Shown here in pieces: positions 14,301-26,849 of a stretch of 64,000 nt of DNA. The stretch is from positions 4,898,001-4,962,000 of the forward strand of contig CM022670.1 in assembly GCA_012295275.1 (NCBI GenBank), given 5' to 3'. The notes beneath the pieces were generated by a model. It was given only the letters and a program-made list of their open reading frames with translations, made no database searches and was not told the DNA's origin. The position numbers were made by a program, and so were the translations under genes. This stretch comes from Chrysomallon squamiferum. Lineage: Eukaryota > Animalia > Mollusca. The first letter of the stretch is position 1. Every line of letters starts with the position of its first letter.

Positions 14301-15255
14301 ACATTGTATCAGTGTATCTTTGTTGCATGTACAAGTACGTATTAATCAGTGTTGAATAATACTCTGAAAATATAGTTAATTACAGTGTAAATTTTAATTT
14401 CGGATAGAGTATATTGAACTGTTTCCGAAGTCATCACATTTTAAAGACTTTAGCAAAACTGCAAATGCGATTAATAATTATAAAAATGCAAAAAAAAAAC
14501 CAAACATGAAAGCTGGTCGTAAAATTATTATTTTGTCTATATCATATATGCAAGAACTAGTAAACAAGAAATAGTACGTATTATTAAAATTTTATCAAAT
14601 GATAGATCATAGATGGTAGCATAGCAAGTAAACAGTTATAGCTTGAAGCTGAATGTTTCCTTTTCTTTAATAATTTTAATTGGTAAAATGTGTGTTTGAT
14701 TTTAAACTGAACAAGATGCTTCTTCGTCTGGAAGGCTATTTTTTAATTTAATTTAATTTCGTATGTATGTATAGAGAGCACATGGTTTGATCCTTGGGCT
14801 TTTTATTATTATTTTAACTATCAGCAAGAACTGTTATATATCCAGTAATCAAGAAAGAAGGCACTGGCTGTTATTGTGTTAATAACCTGTGTATTTACAT
14901 TTAGCAGGGACTGGAATGAGTAATAGCTCTTTCAGCTATTAAGAACCATAAAATTTGCAAGATATTATGTTTATGTATTTTAGTATTGAACTACAGTTAG
15001 TTTCTTGTGTAACTAAAATCAGAATGTGGTTTTTTTTTCGTTAGGATTAAAATATGTGATTAAAGGACATGTTTACAGATAATAAAAATAGTTTTAAGCA
15101 TTACTGAAGCATAAATTAGAAAATTATTTTAATCAGTTTTTGAAAATGAAAACTATGAGGTAAAAATAGAGTAATCTATATATTAAAACATTAAAACGTG
15201 TTTCTTTTTGTGAATTTTATTATTTATATTTTGTGCATTCAGGATATAATAAATA

Positions 15256-18200
15256 ATGAATCCTGAAGGTCAAGGGGCAGTTACCAATGGAACACCTGCA
15301 GATGATGACACATTTGAGAGGGATTTGAGAGAGATGCTGGATGATGGTCCAAACCTCGGTGATGCCAGTTCCAACGTCCAGAGTGGTGTCCCCATCAGGA
15401 TGGCCAGTTCATACACTGAAGGCACAACTACAGCTTATGGAACATCCAGTCCTGGAAGTGGTCTGTCCCAAGCACGACTAACCCGTTCATATACAATGCC
15501 TCCTGGTCTGTCACTATTTCTGTCCTACTGGCACTTAACAACACCATCTATCTCCTTCATAAAAAAAAACACCCCACACCACTCTTTACATCATGAAATA
15601 TGATTTATTATACCAATTATTATTCACCTGTTTTCTTTTATACTGCTAAAATGCAATATAAACTATTCTTGATAACTGTATCTGTTACTATAATTCATTT
15701 ATATCATTTACAGTTGTTTCATTGGGTAAAATGATATGCAAGTTTATTTAACAAAGTAGCTTTTAAGCATTTATGATAAGCTGAATTTTTAAATAATTAA
15801 GAATGATTGTTTTATTGCTTTATATTTATATTAAATTAACTTTTTCCATATTTTATTATATTAATAGAATTTATACCTCTTTGTAAATATATTTTGAAAA
15901 TAATGTTTCTTTTTACTTTTCTGTTAATTTCAGACAAGAGATAAGTGGGTGCAAAATTTAATCCATTATAAACTTCTTTTAACAAAAATTCAATGAATTT
16001 TAGCTATTTACTTTAGTTATAGTTTTTACATATTTGTTATACAATCACATAGATAGATACTAGTAATTTCATTGAGAAAAAATCTTTACTGAAGAGTATA
16101 TATTTATTATAAATCAGAAATTCACATATTTTAAGAAATGATTTGATACTAAATACAAGTACATAATAATGTACATGTATTATGATTCCATTTTAATCAG
16201 TAATGATAATGAATAATTAAATATTTACAATTTTAATCTTTCAAGATTATTTATATACTGTGTTTAATAATTTAAACATTTTTCATTAACAGCAAGTATT
16301 TTAGCCAAATGTATTTTTTTTAAATTCTTTCTTTTGCTTATTAATCTTTTTATGAAAAATGTTTATTAAATTAGTTAATTTACAGATTTTATAAAAATAA
16401 GAATGTGATAAAGAATGTTTGGTCAGAAGATTTTCATTAAACCTAATTTCCAAAATTCTAGTAATAATTTTGGTAAAGTTCATTTCTGTAATGGGTGTCA
16501 TCATCAAAGATATTATCTCTTGAAGCAAATACAAATGTCATAATATTATTGAAAAGTTATCAATAAGTGCATATCACTGAAGCCAACGTTGCTATTTAAT
16601 ATTTTTTTTTTTTTTCCCAGCCACTAGCAATGTGCCATTATCCGGTCCACAAAGTAATGGTGATTTTGTTCCTAAGTCAATCACTCAGGCAGCTTCGAAA
16701 ATTGAGACCATCAAGGAATGGAGCATTAACACATTCAAATGTACAAAACAGTTTATTTCCGAACGCCTGGGTAAAGGTTCTAAGACTGTTGACCTTGAAC
16801 TTGAAGCTCAGATAGAGGTGCTGCGAGACACACAGCGGAGATATTCCCAAGTACTCCGTTTAGCTCGCGCTCTGACGAATCATTTCTATTATGTTGTTCA
16901 AACCCAAAAAGGACTGGGTGAAACTTTCTCTGATTTAGCACAGAAATCTCCTGAACTGCAAGAGGAATTCACCTACAACAGTGAAACGCAAAGATCACTT
17001 GTGAAAAATGGAGAAACCTTGCTGGGTATGTATATTTTAATCTGTGATTACTTTTATTTCATAATAATTACACAACAGCGTATTTGATTTAAATATGTTA
17101 AAACCTGAAATCAGCGTGTTTGATATGAAGTAGGCAGTCTCTAAAATAGAATTTATATATTAAATTTCTGTTTTACGATTTGAAAATTATTTTTGAAAAA
17201 CTATAATTATTATTTTAAATCAATAATTTGTCTTTATAATGGATGTAAAACTTTGTTAAACTTAAAGGACAAAATGATATCTGACTACTCATCAAGTTTT
17301 ATACTGAAAAACATGCAAGAATTTAACTGTTTCATTGGTACATACAATGGCTTTTAAAATGAAGCAAGGAAAGAATTAATAATAGTTTTAAATGTCATTG
17401 TGATTGATTTATATTTAGTCATCTTCACACAGACATAAATTAGTTTTTCTTGTTGTTGATAAACTGTGTTATTGTTTTTGACAGGTGCTTTGAATTTTTT
17501 CACATCATCTGTAAACACTCTTTGCAACAAAACCATGGAGGACACACTAACGACTGTCAAACAGTATGAGATGGCCAGGTATAAAAATTACTACAAAACA
17601 CCAAAACTCCAAAGAAAATTATTCAATAGAATTAGTAGTTATAGTTGAATCACATATTTGCAGTTACTATTTAAAAGTTCATCAAAATATTTACTAAAAT
17701 TGTCAGTAAATCTATTGAAAAGTTATTATTAGCTTATCAGTGTATGCATTATTATGACAAATTATCTTTTTGTTAATTAAATTGTAATAAAATGCAGATT
17801 CTTTTTGAATTGTAGGTCCATGCCTCTTCAGTGTATATGCAACTCAGTGTTACTATTTGATTGAAATTTAAAAAAAATATAAAACAACATTTCTCATATT
17901 TTTTAAAAATGATAGTAAACACATTTTACAAATAAATGATCTTTAAATATTAAGAATTTCCTGATATTAATTGTTCTTTTTCTGTTCATATGTTAGGTTG
18001 GAGTACGATGCCTACCGTGCTGATTTAGAAAACCTAAACCTTAACAGTCCCAAGGATTCTGCTGCTCTTGGCAGACTGGATGCAGCCAAAAAGAAATTTG
18101 AAGAGCATAAAATTAAATTTGAGAGACTAAGATCAGATGTGGCTGTCAAATTGAAATTTTTAGAAGAAAACAAGGTATATTATTCATCAGATTTATTAAT

Positions 18201-18626
18201 TTATTTGTTTTTTGCATCATTGAGACAATTTGTAAGTTAATTTTAAAAACAGAAAAGTAATTTGATACAAAAAAGAAAAAAAATATTCTATTAATTATAA
18301 TATATCAAATGTTTTTAACTAATAAACTTTGGAATTTCTATTTTCAGTTTAGTTAACATGTATTAATATTAAAAAAAAATCGTCTTGAGTATTAAAAACT
18401 AATGTGGCTAGATAAAAAATTAATTCAAAAAAAAAAAAAAATTACTTTGTTAATTCATACTTTCTGTTTGTAGGTTAAAGTAATGCATAAACAACTTCTG
18501 CTGTTCCACAATGCCATCTCAGCTTACTTCTCTGGTAACGAGACCATGCTAGACACCACACTCAAGCAGTTCAATATCTCTCTGAAGAGACCCAATTCTG
18601 ATAAACCATCATGGATCGAGCAGTGA
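15256..18626 (+). CDS. ARFIP2: Arfaptin (AH/BAR domain; single ARFIP1/ARFIP2 co-orthologue), 5 coding exons, ~359 aa
   Basis: Exons 15256-15505, 16621-17025, 17485-17578, 17997-18174, 18474-18626. Motifs [62 protein letters not shown] and C-terminal PSWIEQ*. Confidence 0.93.
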
Positions 18627-20234
18627 AATCCTTCACTTCAGTACATCTGTGATTTCTTGATATTCATGAATCACCCATTTGTAACACATTAATAGCATGA
18701 CTGAATTTTTTTTTATATGTAAAAAAAATCATGTTGAGAGCAGAATATAAGCAAAATAAATGCAGATCAATTATTACCAACTGAGTTTTATTGAAACCTG
18801 AAGTCAGGTAACAGATTATTCTTAGTTTGTGTAGAGATTAACTAGTCAGATGAACTACTGATGGGTTTTTAAAAACCTCTTCTATAAATATTCTTAATCC
18901 ACTTTAGAATATTTAAATTCTGAAGTGAAAAAAAAAAATTAAATAATAATAATAATAACTGTAAAAATTATGTCGGAGGTAAGTTTATATTTAATGAATA
19001 ACTAAAATCATTGATTGTTCCAAAATTTAAGAGCTGAATAAAACAAAACAAATTGTAATAATCATTTGGAGCTGGATAAAGCCAAAAATTAATAAAATAA
19101 CATTGGTTTTGCAGTAATAGCATCCAGACTAAATATGAGTAAATGATAATAATCATAATAGGTAGATTTTTGGGGGGTAATATTGTTAGTAATTATGGCA
19201 CATAATTAGGAGATTACAGTAGTTGCTATTAAGGAAAAAGCACATAGTTTAGAAATTGGATCAACACGGGCTTTTGACTATTTAATAGGGGCATTAATAG
19301 ACAATATCACAATATAAAAATTTAAAACAACTGAACAATTGAACACTTACATGAAATTGGAATATTACAGGCAAGTTTTTCTGTTTGTGTATTTTTTTAA
19401 TTGAGATTTTAAAAGACATGAAACTAATTTAGCAATTAGTAATCTGTTCCACTGAAGCACCTAAAATGAAAAAAAGGTGTTTAATGTAACTGACAGATAA
19501 TTCAAATGACACTCCTAATGGAATTTGTTCCCAGGTGATTTCATATAATCCCCTGTGATGATTTTTATATCTTTAATTGTAAATAAATTTAAACTGCAGA
19601 AATTGCCTCATGAAAAATACTGTGTTGCATAATTAATAATTCAGCAATTGAATTAAATTGTGAAGACCTTTTTTTTAAAATTATTATTATTTACATTTTA
19701 GATGGAAATTTAATTTTATGAACATTCATGGATGTGCCATTTGTGTTGTGTGGTTATTTCTTTGATAGTTATTGACTGGACTTTATTTTATTAGGTGACT
19801 CACTGAGGTTAATGTAGATAAATATTTGTTTACTTTGAATTAGTAATTCAAATATGATTTTATTGCTTGTACAAGAAGAAAATATTCACGAAGGCATTTT
19901 TTTTACCATTATTGAAAGTCATACTTTTAGTCATCTGCAAAATATGAAAACCACTAATAATAAATTGTATTTGGTATCATTACTCAAAATATTATGTACT
20001 TTTTTTGTTCATGACAATGTAATGACATATGAAGGAATCTGATGAAAAAATTATTTTGTGAAGTTGAATGTGCTTTCTTATGTCACATAAAACTCCTTTT
20101 CATTTTGCATTAACACAGACTAATCTTCAATTACTATAGAAAACATGCTTTCACCCATTCCTTGTACAGCAGAACTTGAACCTGCCTTTATTGACCCTTT
20201 CACTATGTCTGATGAAGTCAAATTCTTTCAGATT

Positions 20235-20266
<32 letters not shown>

Positions 20267-23200
20267 GTTGTTATACTTACAAGTATACAATATATCGAAT
20301 CACATTTTAGCTTTCTTTCCCAATCTTGACTATTATGTTTTACTCACAAGACCTTAAAAACCATATATCTTGTCTAATGCTGTTGTTAACATGCTTTTGT
20401 AAACTTTCTGATATTTGTTTCTTTCTTTTATACATCTTAATATATTAATATATTTTTTATTTCATTTTAAAAGTCTTTTGATAGTAAGTGTTATAAATGT
20501 ATATCATAATAAGTCTTGAATGCCTGTATTTATATGTGACTGTTGTTTAGGTGTTATGTTCTGTTTTGATTCTGATATTTGTTATGGTTGTTGTTTCCAT
20601 GTTCCACGATACCTAGATAAATAGATACAGAAAACATGACTTCTAGCTAATTTAAAACCAAATGTTATGGTCAGGTTGTTTAGTATTAACACTGATAGTT
20701 AATTAGGGGTTAACCATAACCCTACATCATTTGTCTGCTGCTATAACTAATATATGTTTATAAATAAATTCTGTCACTGTATTTATTGCATTCGAAATAA
20801 TATTTAAATATTTCCGTGTTTTACAAAAAGAAATGGTACATAACTAAAACTAATTTAATCATTAACAAAGAACATACTTATGAAGAGTGTTGTTTGCCCT
20901 TGCTGAAAAATTAATTTTTTAAATGTTTTGTAATTTTGTTTATGTAATGTTTTAATATTTTCCATAGTTATTACAATTTAATTTTATATTAATGCATTCA
21001 TTTTAATGTTAGTGAACAACTAGAATAAACTACCCTGTTTGTATGTACAGTATATATCTATACATCGATATGAATTTATTCTTCAAATGTTTTTAGTGAA
21101 TTGAATACTTGCAAGGGATTTATTTTTAAATGGTAAACTTTGGCATTTGCTCTAAAGTCAATTATTTTGTGAATCAATCTTCTTGTTTCTGCATAGATAA
21201 TTGTAAATATATTTCAGTGAATACACAGGAAATCATGGTATCCATAAATGTTATTTTTAAGAAATTGTCTTAGATTTTGTGTACAGTTAATTTGTCAACT
21301 AAATACAATTTTTATAGTATCATGTGAAATATTATTTATTTTCCAATACATTAATGAAATAAAATCTAGAAATTATACTTCTACTTGTGTGAAAAACAGA
21401 GAAATGTATGCTTTTTATCAAGTTTCTTTAATACTTTTCCCTATAGACCATTAATTAAATATGTATATCGGTTGTCGTTTTTTACCGTAATTATTTGGTC
21501 ATTAGTTTAATAATCCAAGAAATGCATTAAAACATAACTGATTATGTGGAAGTATTATGCATGTTTCAAAAGAAACAGAATATATGTCATAATAGTCTTT
21601 TTAAAATTAATGATAACATGAAAGACAATTATTTATAATATAAAAACTTTGTTAATAATAAATTAAAATAAAGGATTTTACTTAGAAGAATAATCATGCT
21701 TCAATAAACCCAAATTTGGTATGTGTTGTGATAATTTGTAAAATCATTAAGATTTAATGACTTGAGAGTATTAATATGAAAGTTTATTTTCAATGTATTT
21801 AATATGGGATATTTTTTCTTTCAAATCAGTATTATTTTTGTTTGTATTGTGTTTAATATATATATTTTTGGGGAAAGAGTGGAACTTTAATAACAATTGA
21901 TACTCTTCTCTTTTTGTAAAATTATTATTTTTATTTCTTTGAACTTTGCATTATGTAAATGTCATCAATTCTTAATAAAGCCTTATTAAATTTTATATAT
22001 ATGACATCATAAGTGTAAAAAAATGGGGTTATTATTTTGTAAATACTCTTTTCTTTGATCTCAAATAATTATAATCTGCCTTGGTAATTTTACATCTTTA
22101 TAGATCTCATTCCCACCTAAGTGAAAACCAAAAAAACCACATTCATAAAAAAATGTTCAGGGAAACATTTATAATGAATTTCCACATTAAACATAATTGC
22201 AGTTTTCGTAGCTAATGAAAATGGACACACCATTGTGTGGGTTTAATATTAATAACAAAAAAAATCCTTTGCAGGTTATTTTCTATCCTTGGATAGGTAG
22301 ATGATGAAGAAAATGATCTAAATTGCAGAAATATTAACAAAAATATTTCATCAAGATATCAAAAGAAAATTTGGTTACTGAATTACCAGTAGTCAAAAAA
22401 AAGAAAGTTTTAAAAGATGTTGAAAACAAGATGCAGCTGACTTGCTTATATTATTAAAATACATGCATTTATGTACTTTATTGTTTATTAATTTAAGATT
22501 AACTAATTTGAGATTATTAATAATTATCTAAAACTTAAAGCCTTTTGCATTTACATTAAACATTTTGGTTCATAAACTTTTGTTTGTCCAAGATGTACAT
22601 GAGCATATTTCTTTATTATCAATGCAGGTCTAATTAGAATCATTGAAAAAATTATTTATAATTAATGGTAATTAGAAATCCATATTGTTTTGGTTTGTAT
22701 AGATTTTTTATTTTTGTTGTATTTGTTTTGTTTGCATTAATTGTAAGCATTTTTTCTTACATTTTGTTTAGTGACTATCAGTGTAAATAAGATTTTAAAA
22801 AAGATGTCATTGGGATTTTCATGTACATTATATCCTGTTTTAAATCAAATTATTATTTTTCTTTTCCACTCCATTAATTATTTTTCACTTTCATGCCGGT
22901 AATGGGAACATGTATATATTAAACTGAAAATAATTTAACAAATTCATGTTACACTGCAGACCAGCAATCTGTGTGCTTTCTTAAATTTTAAGTGATGGTC
23001 AAGGGATTTCTACATGAAGTAATAGCTGTCAGTCATTTGTGTACATGTAGTTAGTTTATGCCAGCCATGACCTTTTGTATTTAATTTTATCTCTTCCCAA
23101 ATCTATCACTTTATGCATTCTTTGTTATATATCTCAAACTTTTTAATTTTCATTTCAGCTGTTACTATCACTTGCAATGAATTTCATTTTATGCATAATC

Positions 23201-24164
23201 TATAATTAAACAGTAAAACAAAACAAAAACTGAATTGTTGTTTAGTCTTTGATTTTCATTATTCAAAAATTCTGTGTATGGTCTTGTTCACATCTGAGAG
23301 AATTTGAAATGATTTCCCAGGTTTTTATTCTTTTCTGAAATTGTCGTACAATTTTAAAAAGAATCCAAAAAATAGTTAGCTTTTTAATTTATTATAATTT
23401 TATTTTTTTTTTTATTATTATTATTATTATATTTTTAAATGTTAAAAATTTCTATCCAAACTGTTCAGCAGTAGAATGATGCTCCGATGAGCAGTGGGTT
23501 TCTGGATCAATGCTGCTCTTCAGATGCTTACCAATCACTGCTGTATAAAAGTAATGTTATACATTTTTTTGGTAAGATAGAACTTATAAAAAAATCTCCT
23601 GCTGGTGATCCTAAGGTGTGAGGGAAGCAAGTTTCTAATAAAATTCCAAATGAAACATAACAGTTGAGTACTATTTTACAGAATTTCAGTATCATAGATC
23701 ACCAATGATCACAAGATTAATTTGTCAATTTATTGGCGATATTTGCTAACAGCAGGAGAGACAATAAAATGCTTTGATTACATTTAATGTTATGATTAGC
23801 AATTAAAGTGTATTTTATATTTCAGAAAATACATCAGGTATTTCATTATTTGTAATTTTTTTTTAATTTTTCAAAATATTAGTAACTCCAAACTTATTCA
23901 GACAAACAAAACTTCACAACTAAAAGTGAGAGACAAACTAAGTAAATTTACTGGTTAACAATTTCATTCTCAATAACAATTCCATATATTTGTTATTCAA
24001 ACCTACTTTTAAATTGATTGTAAATATTTTTAAACAAAAATTCATTGCAAACACGACAAAATGAGGCAGTTTTTTCACACTTCCCTAAACTGCTGTATAT
24101 ATATATGTATATATATATATATACCTCTAAAACATACACCCACTGTCATATATACAAGTCTGTT

Positions 24165-24476
24165 CTATCTCTGTTTTGCTAACTGTTGAAGGACTTCATT
24201 TGACATTGCCATTTTACACTGTTCATATGTAAGTCCTGCAGCACCTTTTTCTGAACTCCATGGATATTTTTGTCTGTAGTAATCGGTGTTAAGTTTCTGA
24301 AGACATTCGTACATCCTATCGCATTCCACTGGGTCCACTTTTGAGGTTTCTCCTTGCTTGAAAGCTTCTGCAACCTTCTTTCTGATAACACTTCCCAAAT
24401 CTCGTCCCACCTTACTGTCATCTAATGGCCATTGTTCACACAATTTAAGGAATTTTTTATATCTGGCTGCCGTCAT
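24165..24476 (-). CDS. UQCC2: Ubiquinol-cytochrome c reductase complex assembly factor 2, 103 aa, single coding exon
   Basis: MTAARYKKFLKLCEQWPLDDSKVGRDLG…CDRMYECLQKL…YYRQKYP matches the UQCC2 N-terminal signature (human MAASRYRRFLKLCEEWPVD…GRDLG). Exon acceptor ttttcag ends at 24493. Confidence 0.92.
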   Translation of the reverse strand: MTAARYKKFLKLCEQWPLDDSKVGRDLGSVIRKKVAEAFKQGETSKVDPVECDRMYECLQKLNTDYYRQKYPWSSEKGAAGLTYEQCKMAMSNEVLQQLAKQR

Positions 24477-24723
24477 TCTCTTGGTTTTAACTCTGAAAAT
24501 AAAAATATAATAAAAACAAAAAACAAATATGAACACTAACCTATTTTTCATTCTTTTAATAAAACCAAAGTTCTAATGTTTAAAAAAATAAAAGTAAGTT
24601 GATGTCAAAGATTCAGTTTAAGATGTCAGATTTTTTTATTTTAACAGTTAGAAAATAAAAATTAAATAGTGTACATTTAATGCTATTTTATGTTACTTTT
24701 TATTATAAAGTGAATGAGACTGG

Positions 24724-24742
24724 AATAATAATAATAATAATA

Positions 24743-24785
<43 letters not shown>

Positions 24786-24838
24786 GTAATAGTAATAGTA
24801 ATAGTAATAGTAATAGTAATTATAGTAATAATAATAAT
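24724..24838. repeat. (AAT)n/(AGTAAT)n microsatellite
   Basis: Directly visible. Confidence 0.9.
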
Positions 24839-25294
24839 TAAAAAATCCAAAGGCATTTGGTCTAGAAAATTGATTTTAAGTCCTTATATTAATAAAGTTA
24901 AAAGTTGCAGATGCATTTTTAATATCTCTTTTGTTAAGTTAAACCTATATTTTTGAATGTTAACCTTATTCCTTTTGCTATCAGACTGTATTAGTTTGAC
25001 CAGCTAATTATTTTTTCATTTTTAAAAAAAGATTAAAATACACACATATTTGTCAGTCTGTTTTTTTTATTTATAATATTTTATAAATAGCAGCAACCTG
25101 TACTAATCACAAAATGCTGGTGCAAAGTATTTTGTAAACAGCAGGATGCCAACCATTACATTACACATAAATAACATATCAATATCGCATTTTAATCATT
25201 TTCCCATAGAACCATTTAGTGTTATTTAACATTTCACTGGTTAAATACACATGCACACCTTCATCATCTCAGTGTAAACAGTCAACCTATTATA

Positions 25295-26268
25295 CAGGGT
25301 GGCCCAGATGTAACCGAATCTGAATTGTTATGAAAAGTTACAGTTAAATGAAACAAATTTTATTTCATATAGTTACAGCAAATGTTCAAAATGCAAACCA
25401 TTATTTGTAATACAGTGATGACATCATTCAATGGTTGATTCAGTTACTTTTTTGCACATTTCCGGAGTAATATCTTTCCATGTGATTATGATGCTGTTTT
25501 AGATCATTGAGAGTTTGGTTTATCGGTGAACACCTTATTCTTGAGTACTCCCCAGAGAAAGAAGTCTAGAGGAGTGAGGTCTGGAGACCTTGCAGGCCAT
25601 TCCACGGCACCACGGCGGCCTATCCATCTCCATTAAGAGCCTGGAGTTCCCGTGGACGATATGGGTGCAAGCCAGTATCCGACATGATGCGTTGTAAAGA
25701 CGATCATGATATGCCGAGCTCTGCAGAAGCACGTCTCTGGGATTTGCAAGGGCTGTCGACGTATGATGATGCTATTAATTCCTGGTTGGCAATTGTCCTC
25801 ATTGTTCTTGGTGCACCAGGTTTAAACGCGTCGGCGACGTTGCCAGTTCGTTTGAATTTTTGTGCCAATTTGTAGATTGACGATTTTGATGGAGGTGGTG
25901 TATCAAACGATTCATTCCAATGATCAATAACATTTTTATAACTCCTCTCCGACAAATAATAACTTTTAATAGCATGAATACGTTCTTCCAATTTTTAAGT
26001 GTGTCGTGTGTTGGCCATGTCTGTTAAATGAAAGAGGGCGACAAAATTGATAAAACGAAGACTATCAAAGAAGAAGGTTTCCGTCCTTTCTTAAATAGGC
26101 TTTGCAACACTTTCAGTGGTGATGACGAAACCAGTTAACACAGCCATGCAAGTGAAGTCTCTTTACCAATTCTCCCTGATATCGATCACTTTGGTATTTC
26201 GTGAAGCAGACTTGAAATCAGTGATCATCAATTGAGCTTTCAGGTTCGGTTACATCTGGGCCACCCTG
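25295..26268 (-). mobile_element. Internally deleted Tc1/mariner-superfamily transposon (rosa/maT-like) with a pseudogenised transposase
   Basis: 30-bp TIRs CAGGGTGGCCCAGATGTAACCGAA(T/C)CTGAA with 1 mismatch. TA TSDs at 25293-94 and 26269-70. HTH-region ORF 25704-25991 (…KFKRTGNVAD…SQRRASAELGIS) and C-terminal WPARSPDLTPLDFFLWG. Most of the DDD core is missing and stops are present. Confidence 0.93.
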
Positions 26269-26548
26269 TATTCTACACAATTGTATTATAAATAAATACA
26301 ATTACTGCAAAAAGTTAAAGATGCACATTCTGTCAGTGTCATTTAATACTAAATTATAAATAAAACATTTAGAGTTGGTTACTGATAAAAATAAGTGAAC
26401 GACGTTGTCAAATTTATTTTAAGTCTATTAAAAGTAAGTGTGACAGATAATGAAAACTAAAGGCTCAAACCTAATGAACATTATTTGAATTTGTTTTTTA
26501 AAATAATCATTATAATGATTCTAACAAAAATTAAAAATATGTTCCTAC

Positions 26549-26807
26549 ACATTGAATAATCCGAGGAATCATTTGCTGCTCTGGAAGCACCTAGTCTATT
26601 GACTACATAATTCGTCGTATCAATGAAACGTTCAACGCAATTGGTTAAGCAATGTTCTGTCCTTGAATCCAGTTTTTGTCCAGGTTTGTCCATACAAAGT
26701 TCCCAACACCGATCGGTCAAACCATGAACAAGCTGTTGAAATCGTTGTTTTTGAGTTTCTGCTTCAATAAATCGCTGCATATGTGGATCCTGTAACGCTT
26801 CTGACAT
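26549..26807 (-). CDS. TIMM8A: Small Tim chaperone Tim8, 86 aa; stop probably completed by splicing to 24492 (the unspliced ORF runs to 26481)
   Basis: [59 protein letters not shown] is a twin CX3C Tim8 sequence. The ORF tail after DYSM is AT-rich and intron-like. Confidence 0.92.
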
Positions 26808-26849
26808 TATTACAATTTTTAAAAAATATTAATATATTACCTTTGAAAA

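Noticed and set aside
15931-15950. Possible arfaptin microexon after tttcag
   Set aside because: In the required phase it reads D-K-R-stop and the donor is weak.
24477-24551. N-terminal extension of the UQCC2 ORF in the track (MKNRLVFIF…)
   Set aside because: Runs through the polypyrimidine tract and acceptor; homology starts at MTAARY.
26481-26548. Hydrophobic C-terminal tail of the Tim8 ORF (CRNIFLIFV…)
   Set aside because: AT-rich, not Tim8-like, and begins at a donor site, so it is probably intronic. It remains possible in an unspliced isoform.
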